A stretch of 63,504 nt of DNA, the filler included, from Basidiobolus ranarum (taxonomy: Eukaryota): the NCBI GenBank assembly GCA_040143965.1. It is 17 parts of 17 records of this genome, joined end to end, with 100 filler letters (N's around TTAATTAATTAA, not from the genome) between each part and the next. Parts side by side here need not be neighbours in the genome. Positions count along the whole stretch, not along the records: positions 48,668 to 52,303 come from JASJQH010009243.1; positions 52,404 to 56,037 come from JASJQH010009244.1; positions 56,138 to 59,771 come from JASJQH010009245.1; positions 59,872 to 63,504 come from JASJQH010009246.1; 13 more parts are not named here. One strand, given 5' to 3'. Shown piece after piece: positions 51,181 through 63,504 of the stretch. A model generated the notes under the pieces. It did not search any database. It worked only from the letters and a program-made list of their open reading frames with translations, and was not told the DNA's origin. Numbering within the stretch: the stretch's first letter is position 1; every line of letters begins with the position of its first letter. Position numbers and translations under genes: made by a program.

Positions 51181-52303
51181 CCCTAACACGAATTTGAGGA
51201 TTGTTATTTTAGGAAAACTATTACAATTTTGATCCACTTGGCATTGATCATTTATGTACAATCACAAAACTGTCAAGTCAGATTTGATTATAATCAATTT
51301 TCTCAGCTTCAGGAGGGAAATTTCAACATCTGGCAAAACAGTTGCACGTGATTGCTACATTCTCAGGGAACTATGGATCAACACATGTGCAAACAATGTG
51401 ACCCAAATTATTACACCATTACCACTTGAATGCTAATTTGTCACCGTCAAAATTCACAATTTCTTTGATATATTCTCCTGAATATTTTTATAGAGTCCTT
51501 CATACTCAAGGCTTAGCTCATATCCAACACTAGTTTGTATCAGTGTTTCCATCAAAGCCCACCATTGTTTTAATGTTGCTGAATCAACATTTTTCCAGCT
51601 ATCTGGCAGATACCCCGTAATATTGTGCCACTCTGTATGAAGTTCTTCACAGATATCTGCATGGTCAAAACCAGACTGTATGTCAAGTTGAATGTGCTTC
51701 TTCTGAAGTCACTTTCTGCATACTTGCACTGCATTTTTCCCTTTACACTTTTGAAAATATTCCTCAAGCACTTTTACTATTTTCATATGTCTTTGTAGTG
51801 TAACACTACTGAGGGTGCTTTGTGGTGTTTGTGTGGCTTTTTGCTTGCCTTTAAGTTTGGGACTAATTTCAACACTTTCAAAAGTACCAGTTGAGGTTGG
51901 AGTGCCATGAGTTTTATTTGCTGGTGTTTTGAAATGTCAAGAGATGCCAGGTATTGGATAAACTTCCAAATTTAGCACTCTTCCAACTGGTGCACCTGGT
52001 TCCATGGTGAAACTAAGCTTTTTAGCCAGTTTATCTAACTCTGGAAATGCAGATCTTTGTAATGGTGTGAATAAGGTAGTAGTGGGAAAGTAGAGCATAA
52101 ACTTACTGGCACCTTTGCTTTTCCCTTGGGTCTACAAACTTCCAGCTCCTTGAGTACTTCTTTAGATGCTTTTCTTTCTTTTCCAACTTGATAATTGTGT
52201 ACATTTTTGGGATGTTTCATGAATAGGCCTACACTAGCCCAATTGCCATTTGCTTGCCAAAACCCAGGATAAGCAACATGAAAGAAGTAAAGATCCTTCT
52301 GAG
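51181..52303 (-). mobile_element. CACTA-like right end and second-ORF fragment, reverse orientation
   Basis: Starts CCCTAACACGAATTTG and is the reverse complement of ~46680-47960. Confidence 0.75.
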
Positions 52304-52403
52304 NNNNNNNNNNNNNNNNNNNNNNNNNNNNNNNNNNNNNNNNNNNNTTAATTAATTAANNNNNNNNNNNNNNNNNNNNNNNNNNNNNNNNNNNNNNNNN
52401 NNN

Positions 52404-53080
52404 ACCATGGAACCGGGTACACCAGTTGGAAGAGTGCTAAATTTGGAAGTTTATCCAACACCTGGCACCTCTCAACAAGCCAAAACACCAGTAAATAAAA
52501 CTCACGGCTCTCCATCCTCAACTGGTACTTTCCAAATTGTTGAAATTAGCCCCAAAGATAAAGGCAAGCAAAAAGACACACAAAGCTATTACACCGCAAA
52601 GCACCCTTTCTCTTCATACTTTTAAATATACTCCTTGAGTACTTTGAATATTTTTGTATGTCATTGTAGTTTGACCCAATTAAGGGTGCTTTGTGGTGTT
52701 TTTGTGGCTTTTTACATGCCTTTAAGTACCAGTTGAGATTGGAGAGCCATGAGTTTTATTTATTGGTGATTTGGCTTATTGAGAGGAAGCAGGCATTGGA
52801 TAAACATCCAAATTTAGCACTCTTCCTACTGGTGTACCTGGTTCCATGGTTAAATTAAGCTTTTTGCCACTATATCTGACTCTGGAAATGAAGATGGTTG
52901 TATAGGCTTGAAGAAATTGGTGAGTGGGATAGTAGAGCCTAAACTCACTGGCTCCTTTGCTTTTCCCTTGGGTTTACTAACATTTTGCTCCTCAAGTACT
53001 TTTTTAGCAGTTTTACATTCTTTGTCAAATCAATAATTGTGTACATTTTTGAGATATTTCATGAATAGGCCTATACTTGT
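52404..53080. mobile_element. Two CACTA second-ORF fragments in inverted orientation
   Basis: 52404-52605 (forward) is complementary to ~52684-52850. Confidence 0.75.
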
Positions 53081-53081
53081 G

Positions 53082-56037
53082 CCCGTAACAAAAATGAAAT
53101 CAATTTGATATGAATTGGATCTACCAATCTAAATTGCAAATCCATCATAGAACCATCACAACATTGGTGGCTTGCATTCTAGCAGCAATTTTGATGGTGT
53201 GTCAGTGGCTTCTTGACAGTATTATGATGGTATTCATATATGTTGAAATACTGGTCCTCCTATTTGGCATGTGTTATTGGACTTGTTCTCAGTGAATGTG
53301 CCAGATTGTGCTGTACATGGCATATTGAATAAATTATTCTAAAATTTATGTGGCACAATTTTGCACTATCCATCACATCATGCTCTGGCATGATCAGTTT
53401 CAATCACATTTACTCTAATACATTGATCCAAGGTCCAATAAATCCTAACACAATGGAACAAGTCCATTTATTTCTGGAAATTTTTACAAAACATATTTTT
53501 CAAATGTTAAATCACTGGGTTTACTGCCATGGGAATTCCAGTTAATATGCATGCCTTTATTTAGATTTCTTAGTCTTTGTATTCCTGCCATAACAAGAAT
53601 CAAAAAATACAAGAATCTTGTTGTGTTTAATATCTAAATATGCACATACATGACTGATCAGAAATAACACTACAACATCAGTATGCCTTACCTGCAAACT
53701 AACAGTGGAAAAATTGCTAAACATCTGAAATTGTGAATAGCATTGACACTTAGCAAATAGCTGACTCTTATTACTGTTCACAATGAGGATAAGCTCTTGG
53801 ATTTTGGCAAATTTCCATCAAGAATTCAGCCAATATATCCCCATCTTGCAGTCAACAAATGGCCTGCCACAAGTAGATATGTCACTGCTTGAACAGACTA
53901 CCCCATGGCTAAAACAATAGTACTGCATATCTTGATCTATCTTACTAAGAAGTCTGTCTTGAAGCTTTCCTAGAAATACCATCAGATATTTGCAGAAACA
54001 AAGTAGTCCAAGTCATAGAGGTAATCATGTTGTGTCCAAGGATTGGGCTTTGTTGCTGTTTTTGTACTCAAAAAATGCAAAAACCCATGAGCACATTGAA
54101 AAGAGCCCTTTATTTGAAGGTTAATTTACTCTGGAGTCTCCTTAACCCATTGCACTACATCCATCACTGATTTTGCTTATACATTGTTAATGAGATTTGC
54201 ATATGGTAATACTGATGACTTTACATAGAGCCTCATTTCACCACAAGTGTGCTCCATTACAAACTCCCAGAATATATAGCAAGAGACTATGATATCAAAG
54301 CAATGTGAAAGATGCAGCGGGGAATGTATTCAATACTGGCTTAGATTTGATCTATCTTCTTTAAACCAGTTATAGGGTTTTTCATATGCAATTACAAAAT
54401 CTTTGCACAGTTGCTGTATCTGCTTGAGATCTGCCAATGTGAGTTGATGCTGTAAGAATATGTTAATCATACCCACAAACAACTCCCAATGTTGCTAATA
54501 CTTATCAGGCTGAAATCTTTTTAAAATTCCACTTGAATATATATAAATTTAATACTTCCAGTTGTTGCGTTTGAATAAACACCCAGATGAGTGGATATTG
54601 ATGGGAGTCCTGGTTAAATATGAAAGTATCTTGTTGTTTTCAAGCATCTGTCCAATTGATTCAATCTTTGATCCTATCTCAAATGGCTCATTCATATTGA
54701 ATTTTCCACTATATAGCTGAGTAAGTAGTATTGGAATGTTGTTGAGTAGTAAGTCCATAGTGCCTAATGGAAAGCTCTGGCTCCAACTGATCCCCTTTAG
54801 CAATATAATCTTAAGCTTATGGCTAATACCAAGTTTGATGTTAGACTGACTATTTGGTGAATTGATATTAGTGATCATGTTAAAATCTGACCAGGCTCTT
54901 GATAGTAAAAGCATGGAGTTTAGTTTTGTCTTTGGATAGTAGTAATGTCTATGCCTGTTAGAGTAAACTCCATTGATTTGACAAAATCTAGAGCAAGATA
55001 GTGCATTATGCCTGCAAACACCTCCAAGTTTACTGATGGCTGGAGTGTCACCAATACATCAAATGATATTAGCTTTAATAAAATACTCACCCATCTGAAC
55101 CACATTACATAACCATTCAAAGTCCACTATCAAAGGCTTCAAGAAACTATCTATAAGCACTGGTGATTTAGGTCCAGATATGATGAATAGTATCAAAGTG
55201 TTATGACTTTTATACCATTTGGAAGGAGGAAGATATACATTGATTTTAATTATTGGCCAGCAAGCCTTTCCAATGGTACATTTGTTTAGCAAGAAACCAT
55301 CCACAGCCAATGCATACGCATGATCATACATGTTCTCAAAGAAACCTTGACTTTTCAGATTCTGGTAGTGATATTCATGAAGTATATTGGTGATTCCATC
55401 AGTTTTTTGGTGAGTACACTGTATTGGATCAATGAACTATATTTGGGTGAATTCATCAAAACTTTAAGATAGGGAATCAGCAGTATGTAAGCCAAAATGC
55501 ACTACATTTCCTCATTCAGTGAGTGCCAATTGTGTGCAAACAGTGCATGACTTCAGGTTTTTCAGATCACTGGTGAAAGCCAAATAACCATTTAGACATG
55601 GAGGTAGTTGAATTACTGAAGCATCACATGTCATATAGTTGACAAGTGTTTTCCACTTGTACCAGGTCTGTGGCAAGCAACAGTTGCCAATCAACTATGG
55701 TAAAAGTGTAAGAAAACCGGCAAACACCTGGTTGCTATGATTGGATTGAACTCTCCACTCCTCAATATCAAAGCTGCTTGCTTTACTGTAAGTGTTAAGA
55801 GTGGACTAATGCTTGCCAATAACAAAGTGTCCATAACAAAACCATCATCTTCTTCAACTTCTGAAATACTACCATCAGTCCTGGAATAACCCAGGTCAAC
55901 ATCTAGCAGCAAGTCCTCAAAGTTGTCTGGACTTACTGGTTTGACCAAAGTTGCATTTTGACCTACATCATTCTGGTCATATAACTGTGGTAACTCCACG
56001 GTATCTTGACTTTTAGCAGTGTTACCAAAACTTTGAG
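53082..56037 (-). mobile_element. CACTA/EnSpm-like transposon left half with degenerate transposase
   Basis: Starts CCCGTAACAAAAAT. Remnants: ALAVDGF..CWPIIKINVYLPP..ISGPKSP..DSFLKPLIVD and GDTPAISKLGG. Colinear with 42238-44830. Confidence 0.85.
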
Positions 56038-56429
56038 NNNNNNNNNNNNNNNNNNNNNNNNNNNNNNNNNNNNNNNNNNNNTTAATTAATTAANNNNNNN
56101 NNNNNNNNNNNNNNNNNNNNNNNNNNNNNNNNNNNNNGGCAAAGTAGTCAAAATCTTGATTAATTCTCAACACATCCATACTCAAAGATATCCATTGAGA
56201 GCTCTAGACTTAAGACACTATGAATAAAGCTTTCATTATCTTTTGAATGTGCAATAATGTCTAAAAGTACTTTTCTTAAATATACCACATAAGTAAAATA
56301 AACTTTTCCAAAATGGTAAATAACATCATGCTGGATAGTGCCCAATCATGCCAATTAGTGCTGGCACACTTTTTATCTGGCCTGATCTGGCTCAATAAAA
56401 TGGAACAAGTCTATTTAAATAAAAAACCC

Positions 56430-58330
56430 AACTACATCCTGTTTTGTCATCAATAAAGGTCATAAAGTGTTCTTCCCACCTATTGAGAAGTTTTCATGTG
56501 GCAACATAAGTCAGCATGAATCAGGGCAAGATTCTGATTGTATTTGATCTATCCAGAGCTTGACAAAGGCTGTCTGTGCTGTTTTCCATATTTGCAACCT
56601 TCATACAGATCCAATTTCATGATTTTCTGAATTTCTAAGCCTGAAACAAGCTGATATTTAGATTATTTGGGTCAGTTTTAGTTCCCTAATATGGCCTAGT
56701 CTTCTATGCCTTGTTAGACAGCGCATTGCATTGATTTAGGCCAGGTTTGCATGCTCCAAATGCAATATCTTGCTTTCCAGCTTGTATTAATATTACATTT
56801 TGATCCCAGTAGCTATTTTGGTATTATTCTGATCTGTGATTGTGCACCCAGCCTTGCTGAGCATAAAATTCAGTCCTTGAGCTCTTGTTTGGCTTAATTA
56901 GATCAGATATTTGGCCATATATGGTACATAGAGTACATCATCTAATTTTGAACATAGTGTATCTCAATTTTGGTCTAAATTGGGCACAACTGTGCCTTTA
57001 CCAACTGCATCTAGTGCATTGTCATCACCTATGTAGACTTTTCTTGTTTGGAATGGTTTTAAGCTGGAAAACCAATCCTTCTTGTTTCACATATGTTGAG
57101 AAACACTTGAATCTATATACCATTTTTTCTGAGTCTTTTTTGGTGGTTACAGATAGGGCACACACAACTAAGTGATCCCTATGAGTGCTTGCTTGATTTG
57201 CTTGTTCTGATTTTAGCTCTTTAGTAAGAATCCTTTTCCTTCAAGCATTAATTAAATGGCCTGGTTTCTTCCTATACTTGCGGATGATTTATTTCACATT
57301 GGGGGCTTCATTATTGAAGCCTGTTGAACATTTTACAGCTCCAAAAAATGCATGTTCTGTATAATTTTGCTAAGAATTAGATCTCCTTAATTTCTCATTC
57401 AAAAGCCAAGTGCCAACATGTTTAATTGTTAATGGCTTGGATCTTGATTCTAGGAAAATTATGAGGTTTACAAACTCATCTGGCAGGCTCCCAAGTTGCA
57501 TCATGAATGAGTCATCTTCATTTAGAAGTGCCCCAATGGATGAGTGCTGATCTGCCATAGTTTATATCTGGTTGATATGATTAGGCATAGAATCATCTGA
57601 ATTGGAGAATTTTATTGACCTAAGATACAGCCTATTAGCCTGTCTTTTAGTCTCATATTGCCCCTCAAGAGTTTTCCAAGCATTTTGGATGTTTTTAGCT
57701 GATTGTATGTGCCCCAATTGAGAGTCTCTGAGGAGTTGACAAGATGGGAGGAGTACTTTCCTCTGCTGCTTGTGAGAGGTAAGGATAGCTTCTGGTGGTT
57801 CCATGGGCCCTAATTCTCCTCCTGTAACAATTCCTTAAAGGTCCTTGTCTTCTAGCACCATCATAATCTTGAACTTCCAGAGATGAAAGTCTTCACCATC
57901 AAACTTCTCAGTGGATGCAAAAGGCATTGTTAGTAGTACTGATAGATCTTCTTTTAACAGCTAGCTCAGGGCTCATAACTTGATAAAAGAGTCAGGGGAT
58001 TTGGAACTGTTTTGGTCAAAATTTGGATTTGTGAATTAGATACTTGAGTTTTATTGAATTAAATGCATCCGATTTATAGTTTACTAGGAAATAGGACTAT
58101 TGGAAGTGCTTAGATCATAACAAACAAGTCTGTTAAGCTTAGGTGAATATTTAGGAAGACTTGGAGAAGCTTTGAGAAAATAGTAAAAATTGGTAAAAGT
58201 CACTAATTGATATTTCTTTCAATTAGAGCAATAAACACATGTTTTTGAATGGCAGAGTTGAGTGCCAAATAATCAGAATTTGAATAAACTAACTACAAAA
58301 TAATGAGTTGCTACTTACCAAATTTCCAAA
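56430..58330 (-). mobile_element. Copia family A 5' half: LTR (57981-58330), PBS (57964-57980), gag, protease and integrase start
   Basis: The LTR matches 49893-50244. Gag starts MPFASTEKFDGEDFHLWKFKIMMVL; also LGSLPDEF and LIHADLC. Confidence 0.88.
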
Positions 58331-59771
58331 GGATAGGCACTACAAAGTAATGTTTGAGGAAGAATCAGCACAAAAAATAAGGGTACTAAGGAGTGATAAT
58401 GATGGAGAATACTGCTCCAAATACTTTGCTACTTTTGTTACAAGCATTCAATTAAGCAACAAACTATTATACCTTACGCTCCACAGCAAAACAGAGTTAC
58501 AGAACATGCTCATAGGACCATAGTGGAAATTGCAAGATCCATGTTACATGATCAAAAGTTGGATTATCAATATTGGGCTGGATCTCTCTCCAAGGCTGTC
58601 TATGTTGAAAGCAGATGCCTAACAAGATTGCTACAAGATTCTACTTGATTTAAAGCGCTATATAGATCAAACCCAAGAGAGGATCATCTCAAAAGCTTTG
58701 GTTGCACAGCATATAGCCTAATTCCAGCTCTATACCACTCTAAATGGGAACCCAAAGGCAGAAAATGCTTATTTCTCAGTTACTGTGATTGATCTAAGCC
58801 CTACAGCCTGTTTGAAACTGGAAATCAGAAGTTGTTAAGCTCATAGATGTGACTTCTGATGAAAAAGCATAGTTTCATCTCAAATTACAGTTCTTGATCC
58901 AGAAGACACATTCAGTACTATTCAGGTAGTGTCTGACAATATTCCAACTGTGTCTGAGCCCTATTCAACCAAAATTCCAGTCCCAGTTATGTCAGGGGTA
59001 GGTTTAGGACCCAGAATATCATTCAAAAGGAGAAATAAGCCAGGGAACTAGTAGAACACTTCCAATAATGATATACATGCTTATACAACATTTTATGATA
59101 GGCTACTGACTCTAGATCAAGCTTTAGAGTGTCCATTATAAAAGTTGTAGGAAAAAGCAATGTTTGCTGAGTATTCTTCACTTCAGGACAATATAACATT
59201 GGCTTTAAGTCCTCTGCCATTGAGAAGAAAGCCAATAGGTTGCAAATGTATCTAGAAAGTTGAAATCAAGCTGATAGAACCGTAGAAATTTACAAAGCAA
59301 GAATAGTTCCAGAAGGTAATGCACAAACTCCAGCAGTGGATGTTGATGAAATGTTTGCTCCAGTAGCTAGGTTTAGCTACATTAGATCAATCCTGGCACT
59401 CTCAGCAGTCCATAACCTTATTCACATCAAATGTATGTAAAAATAATCTTTTAAATGGAAATCTAGAAGATGAAATCTATATGAAGCAATTTAATGGATT
59501 TATTGACCCCAAAATACCCTGATATGGTCTGCAAGCTACAGAAATTGCCATATGGACTCAAGCAAGCACCCAGGGCATGGTATAACAAGATAGAAACCTA
59601 TCAGGAATCACTTGAATCCCAAAAATACACAGCAGATCACAGTATTTATATCAAAACAGCTGGAAGTACAATCCCTATCTTGGCACTACATGTGGTTGAC
59701 TTTTCCATAGCCACAAATCATCTAGAAGCACTCAATCAGACTAGAAGCAGTTTATTAAGCCAATTTCAGAT
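58331..59771 (+). mobile_element. Degenerate Copia integrase-RT fragment
   Basis: KIRVLRSDNDGEY, RTIVEIARSML, HLKSFGC, YKARIV, FAPVARF and YGLKQAPRAWY. Confidence 0.9.
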
Positions 59772-59871
59772 NNNNNNNNNNNNNNNNNNNNNNNNNNNNN
59801 NNNNNNNNNNNNNNNTTAATTAATTAANNNNNNNNNNNNNNNNNNNNNNNNNNNNNNNNNNNNNNNNNNNN

Positions 59872-61651
59872 CAATACGTTTTGCAGGTTGTCGGACTTTA
59901 GGGGCCTCGGGAGAGGGAGTACGAGAGCCAAAGAGGCCACTGAAAAATCCGGAACCAGGGGCTTTTCTAGAGCGGCCACGAGGTTCGTTAAGAAGGGGTG
60001 CTCTATCATCGTATTCACCGGCAACACTTTCTCTAGCTTTCTGTTTAGAAGCTCCATTTCGTTGGTACGGCTCATCGACGATGACTTGAATCTCAGGTTC
60101 CTGTTGGCGTGACAAACGATGGCGACGGCTAGATCCGTGCGAAGATGTTCTATCTTCATTACTATGGATACTCCCGGAATCCTTTAAAGAGAGATACTCT
60201 TTACTTGGCGATTTACGAATATCTTTATCCATTTGTGGAAGCCAAAAAGGAAGAAGGGATACATGAGACTCTAACAGAGTGGAGACACCATGAATATATT
60301 TTGAAAATTTAGGAACAGATTCAACTAAATGACTTTCAACCAAGTTGGTGACCCAATGAGGTGGTTCGGTGCCATGTTGTGTTTGAAGTTTAACTTCAAG
60401 AACAGCATAAGGGAAACGATTAATATCTGAATCAGGCAATTGGGAGAATGGATAGTCGGTGTCAATATCATTGCGACGCCAGTTGTTACCAGACCTATCA
60501 ACACCATCAAGATTATCTTCACGGATTAGTGATAGCTCTGTATCAAGTGAAATGCGAACACGTGCGTCGCCAGGCAGTTGAAAAGCAGTACGATTATAGA
60601 ATGTTCTCACGGTCGGCTTAAGTTTCTTGGTGACAACAGTGTATTGAATTTCACTAGCAAGTTGCTCTAGCTCCTTAAGCTCTTTCTCGGATTTAGCGCC
60701 TCTATCACGTAGTTTTTGAATGGTGTTATTCATAGTATAGTCACTACGGAGATAGTCGTTTACGTATTTTTCTTTGAGTGGGAATCTTTCTTTCACGCTC
60801 TTTTCTCCTGTCCAATCTTCACGGTGGGTTTTTCTCTCAACGAAGATCTCATTATTATTGGATTTGCCATACCAACGGAGGCGAATAGCTTCGGCACCTT
60901 CTGATTTCTCCAAGCGACCTGTGTAAAGATCGAAGGCATCGTTATCGAAATAAACTGAGCTAACAGCGGGGTTAAAATCCCCACCCTCCTTTGCGTTGTA
61001 AACCAGTACAGGCAAATATTTGAGTACAAGAAGTTTGACTTCCATAACATTATCGGGATGAACCCAATATTTTGTGGTTTGACGAATGAAATTTTGAGAG
61101 CCACCGGCGGGAGCGGCATTTTTACTGTTCCCAGTTTCACCGCAGTTACGAACAATATCATAAAGCTTGGAAAGTTTCAGAAGAAGACTATCGAAGTTCT
61201 CCTTGTAGAAAGGTCTAGCATTCAAACGTACCATAAACATAGGTTTAAGCGCATATGTAGTATGTTTATCATGCTTCTTGATGATCTTTAGGAAGCCTGA
61301 GTAATTAAGTCTGGTGAACTTTGCTAGTTCATTGACCTCAGCAATAACCCGATTAATATCTTCTTCGACGTCGGCATAGTCCTCCTCCGTAGCTTCAGAG
61401 TCCTTTGAGAGCTTCTTAACTGTTTGTTCGCTAAACTCAACTCTTCTGGTTATTTCACCAAGTTTTACTGTTTGGAAAGTGTAGACCTTCTCAAGTTCTT
61501 TCTCTACAAACTCGACAAATTTTGCCTCGTCCTTTTCGGTAAAACTGTCGCTAATACGCTCTTTCAACATGCGCTTTAGACCGTCATAATCAAGATAATA
61601 GAAACGCCACTCGGGATAGCAAATCTCCTTCAGCTGCGTGCCAAATTTCAT
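59872..61651 (-). CDS. VTC4: Vacuolar polyphosphate polymerase Vtc4 (SPX + VTC/TTM domain); 3'-truncated before the transmembrane region
   Basis: [20 protein letters not shown] and [15 protein letters not shown]. Catalytic domain: [69 protein letters not shown] and VPKFSK. Confidence 0.96.
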
Positions 61652-63504
61652 TGTGTTCTATATTGTATGTACGGAGCAGTAGGATTTAATACAATAAGGC
61701 CTGTGCCGGAATAATGGTAAAATGCTTCAACTTTAAAGCAAAGAGAAATGATGTGAGCTACCTGATAGCTGGTGATTAAGCAGAGGGATGTCAGAATCTG
61801 CTGACGAACCTATCCTTTATATGCCACCTGTATCTACCGAATATGGAATCCCTGCTAACGAATCGAGTATGTCCTATCAGGTTTTTGGCAATTCGGTAAC
61901 ACGAGATTTTTCAGTGATCGTTAAGCAAATGGATCAATATACTAAATAGAATGAAGGCGCTTGAAGTAAATTCGATATTAATTACAGAATTTCTTAATCT
62001 ATTTGTACCTATTAATACCATCAACTTCGAGAATGGTAAATACCACCGGCACTACTACTTTTGGTAGTGGGTCATGAGCAGGATGGGAGGAAATTATTGG
62101 AAAGTGTAATGGGGCGAAGGTTACGTGCGAGATTAGCATGCATAGTAGTTGCTAAGCATCTATAATACAGGGAATCTTTGGACTGTTAAAATAAGCAAGC
62201 AAAAGTGCCACTTATTTAAAAATTGAGGTGTGAGTTAAATTTTATAAATGCAATGCTATTGGAAATGACTTCACCATGCTCATTTCATCACTAATTGCAT
62301 TGCCGAGAACAATTTAGGCCTGGACACCATTATTGAGCGATGGGATATTTTGGTTTTACTTTCATCTGGGATGTAAAAGGACCATAACAAATACATTACA
62401 CTTACATATTAGCTGAATTTCATCATTTTCATTAAATTACTAGTCACGATGACCCAAGTGCTTCCACTGGTGGATTTCGTTGTGGTCTTTATCATTTCTA
62501 CCCCTGCTCTAACAGGATTTTACAAGTTTCGATGTACTCTTACATAGGAGTGGAACATATTAGCTGTCTTTGTCTGACCATTATCATCTCGCTAATCACG
62601 ACCCATGTCTCTTCGAGATTGATCATTTCCTCATGCGCAGAACGCCACTCAGTTATCAAGCTTGTAAGATCAATATATAGGTTAACAATGAGAGTTTGGA
62701 CCATACCAATTGAAGACATATACTTATATGTGCCTGAAACTGAGGATACTGGGCAAAGTAAAAGCATGGAATAATCCCCAGTAGTTTAGGGGCTAGAGTT
62801 ACGAAATCAAAGTAAGATGAAGTGGCGATGTCCTGGAGTAAGTATTTGGTCTCCCTATCCAGTTGGCGTGTCGCCCAAGCCAAGTCATAAAAATAGAATT
62901 TCAGATCAAAGTTGCCATAAGATTCAAGGTCGAATGTTTTGAACAGGTAGTTTGAATATTTACCACGAAACCAGCTCTCCCCTGGCGGTCAATCAACATG
63001 TAGATCACTTGAGCTGCGACTTGTTCTAACACATCGTCTTGGTAGTGACTAATGATAAGATTATGCCTTGCATTCATGGAAACACAACGAGGGACTCTTA
63101 GTGACAGATAGTAGCCTTCTCAGACAATGTTCATGGTCTTCATTGACAAATTGAATGGTACGCCAAGATACACCTCTAAGGTTCATCGAATCATGGCAGG
63201 ATCATGTGTATATTTCATTTCTTTACCATTGGCCCGTACTCTTTTGATGTATTTTCATAGGAATAGATTGCTATGCATAATGGCGGTGACAAAGAAATAA
63301 GCATCCACCTCTCCTGCTGAATATGCGGGGCTTAATTATCCAACACCTCGCGAAATCGGTCACAATCTAACTTTGAGACTGACGATGGTTAAGAACAATC
63401 ACGTGGACAGAATCATGGATAGCCTTCACACCAATGGATTCGTAATCAAACTTCAAAGTTAAATTACAATAATGGCATGGCTGGAAAATGAAGGAAGCTG
63501 TCTA

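Noticed and set aside
59824-61291. Overlapping and antisense ORFs within VTC4 (and similarly in COX11, HSE1 and the fusion gene)
   Set aside because: Shadow frames of real coding sequence with no independent motifs.
62400-63504. Possible minus-strand gene remnant upstream of VTC4, and a CACGTG (Pho4-like) site near 63400
   Set aside because: I could not build a consistent exon chain or recognise a domain. A single hexamer 1.7 kb away is expected by chance.

Overview
This window is not one locus. It is 17 short contigs of about 3.63-3.65 kb, in descending length order, joined by an artificial 100-bp spacer (N44-TTAATTAATTAA-N44), so adjacency across spacers has no biological meaning. The DNA is AT-rich and intron-containing (GT..AG) and looks like an early-diverging fungus (Zoopagomycota/Mucoromycota-like, e.g. 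Basidiobolus; inference only). Gene contigs carry partial or complete housekeeping genes: dynein light intermediate chain, HSE1, PMT1-type mannosyltransferase, COX11, RPT2, CDC26, RPL38, kexin, VTC4, a SAM-domain protein and a probable LIM/paxillin-like protein. Repeat contigs are CpG-depleted and hold decayed Ty3/Gypsy chromovirus, two Ty1/Copia families, a CACTA/EnSpm-like DNA transposon and a non-LTR RT. Best leads: (1) a heme peroxidase-DOMON-cytochrome b561-cytochrome b5-flavin reductase fusion that looks like an independently built DUOX analogue; (2) a 282-bp solo-LTR-like insertion with a 5-bp TSD carrying a full-length tRNA-like cassette; (3) a Ser/Thr phosphatase with PPKL/BSU1-family signatures, a family classically confined to plants and alveolates; (4) a non-LTR RT whose 3' end stops at (CCCTAA)2; (5) an intronless M11/M6-like peptidase with a DM9-like domain, a possible horizontal acquisition. 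All calls come from reading motifs by eye; no database searches were run.
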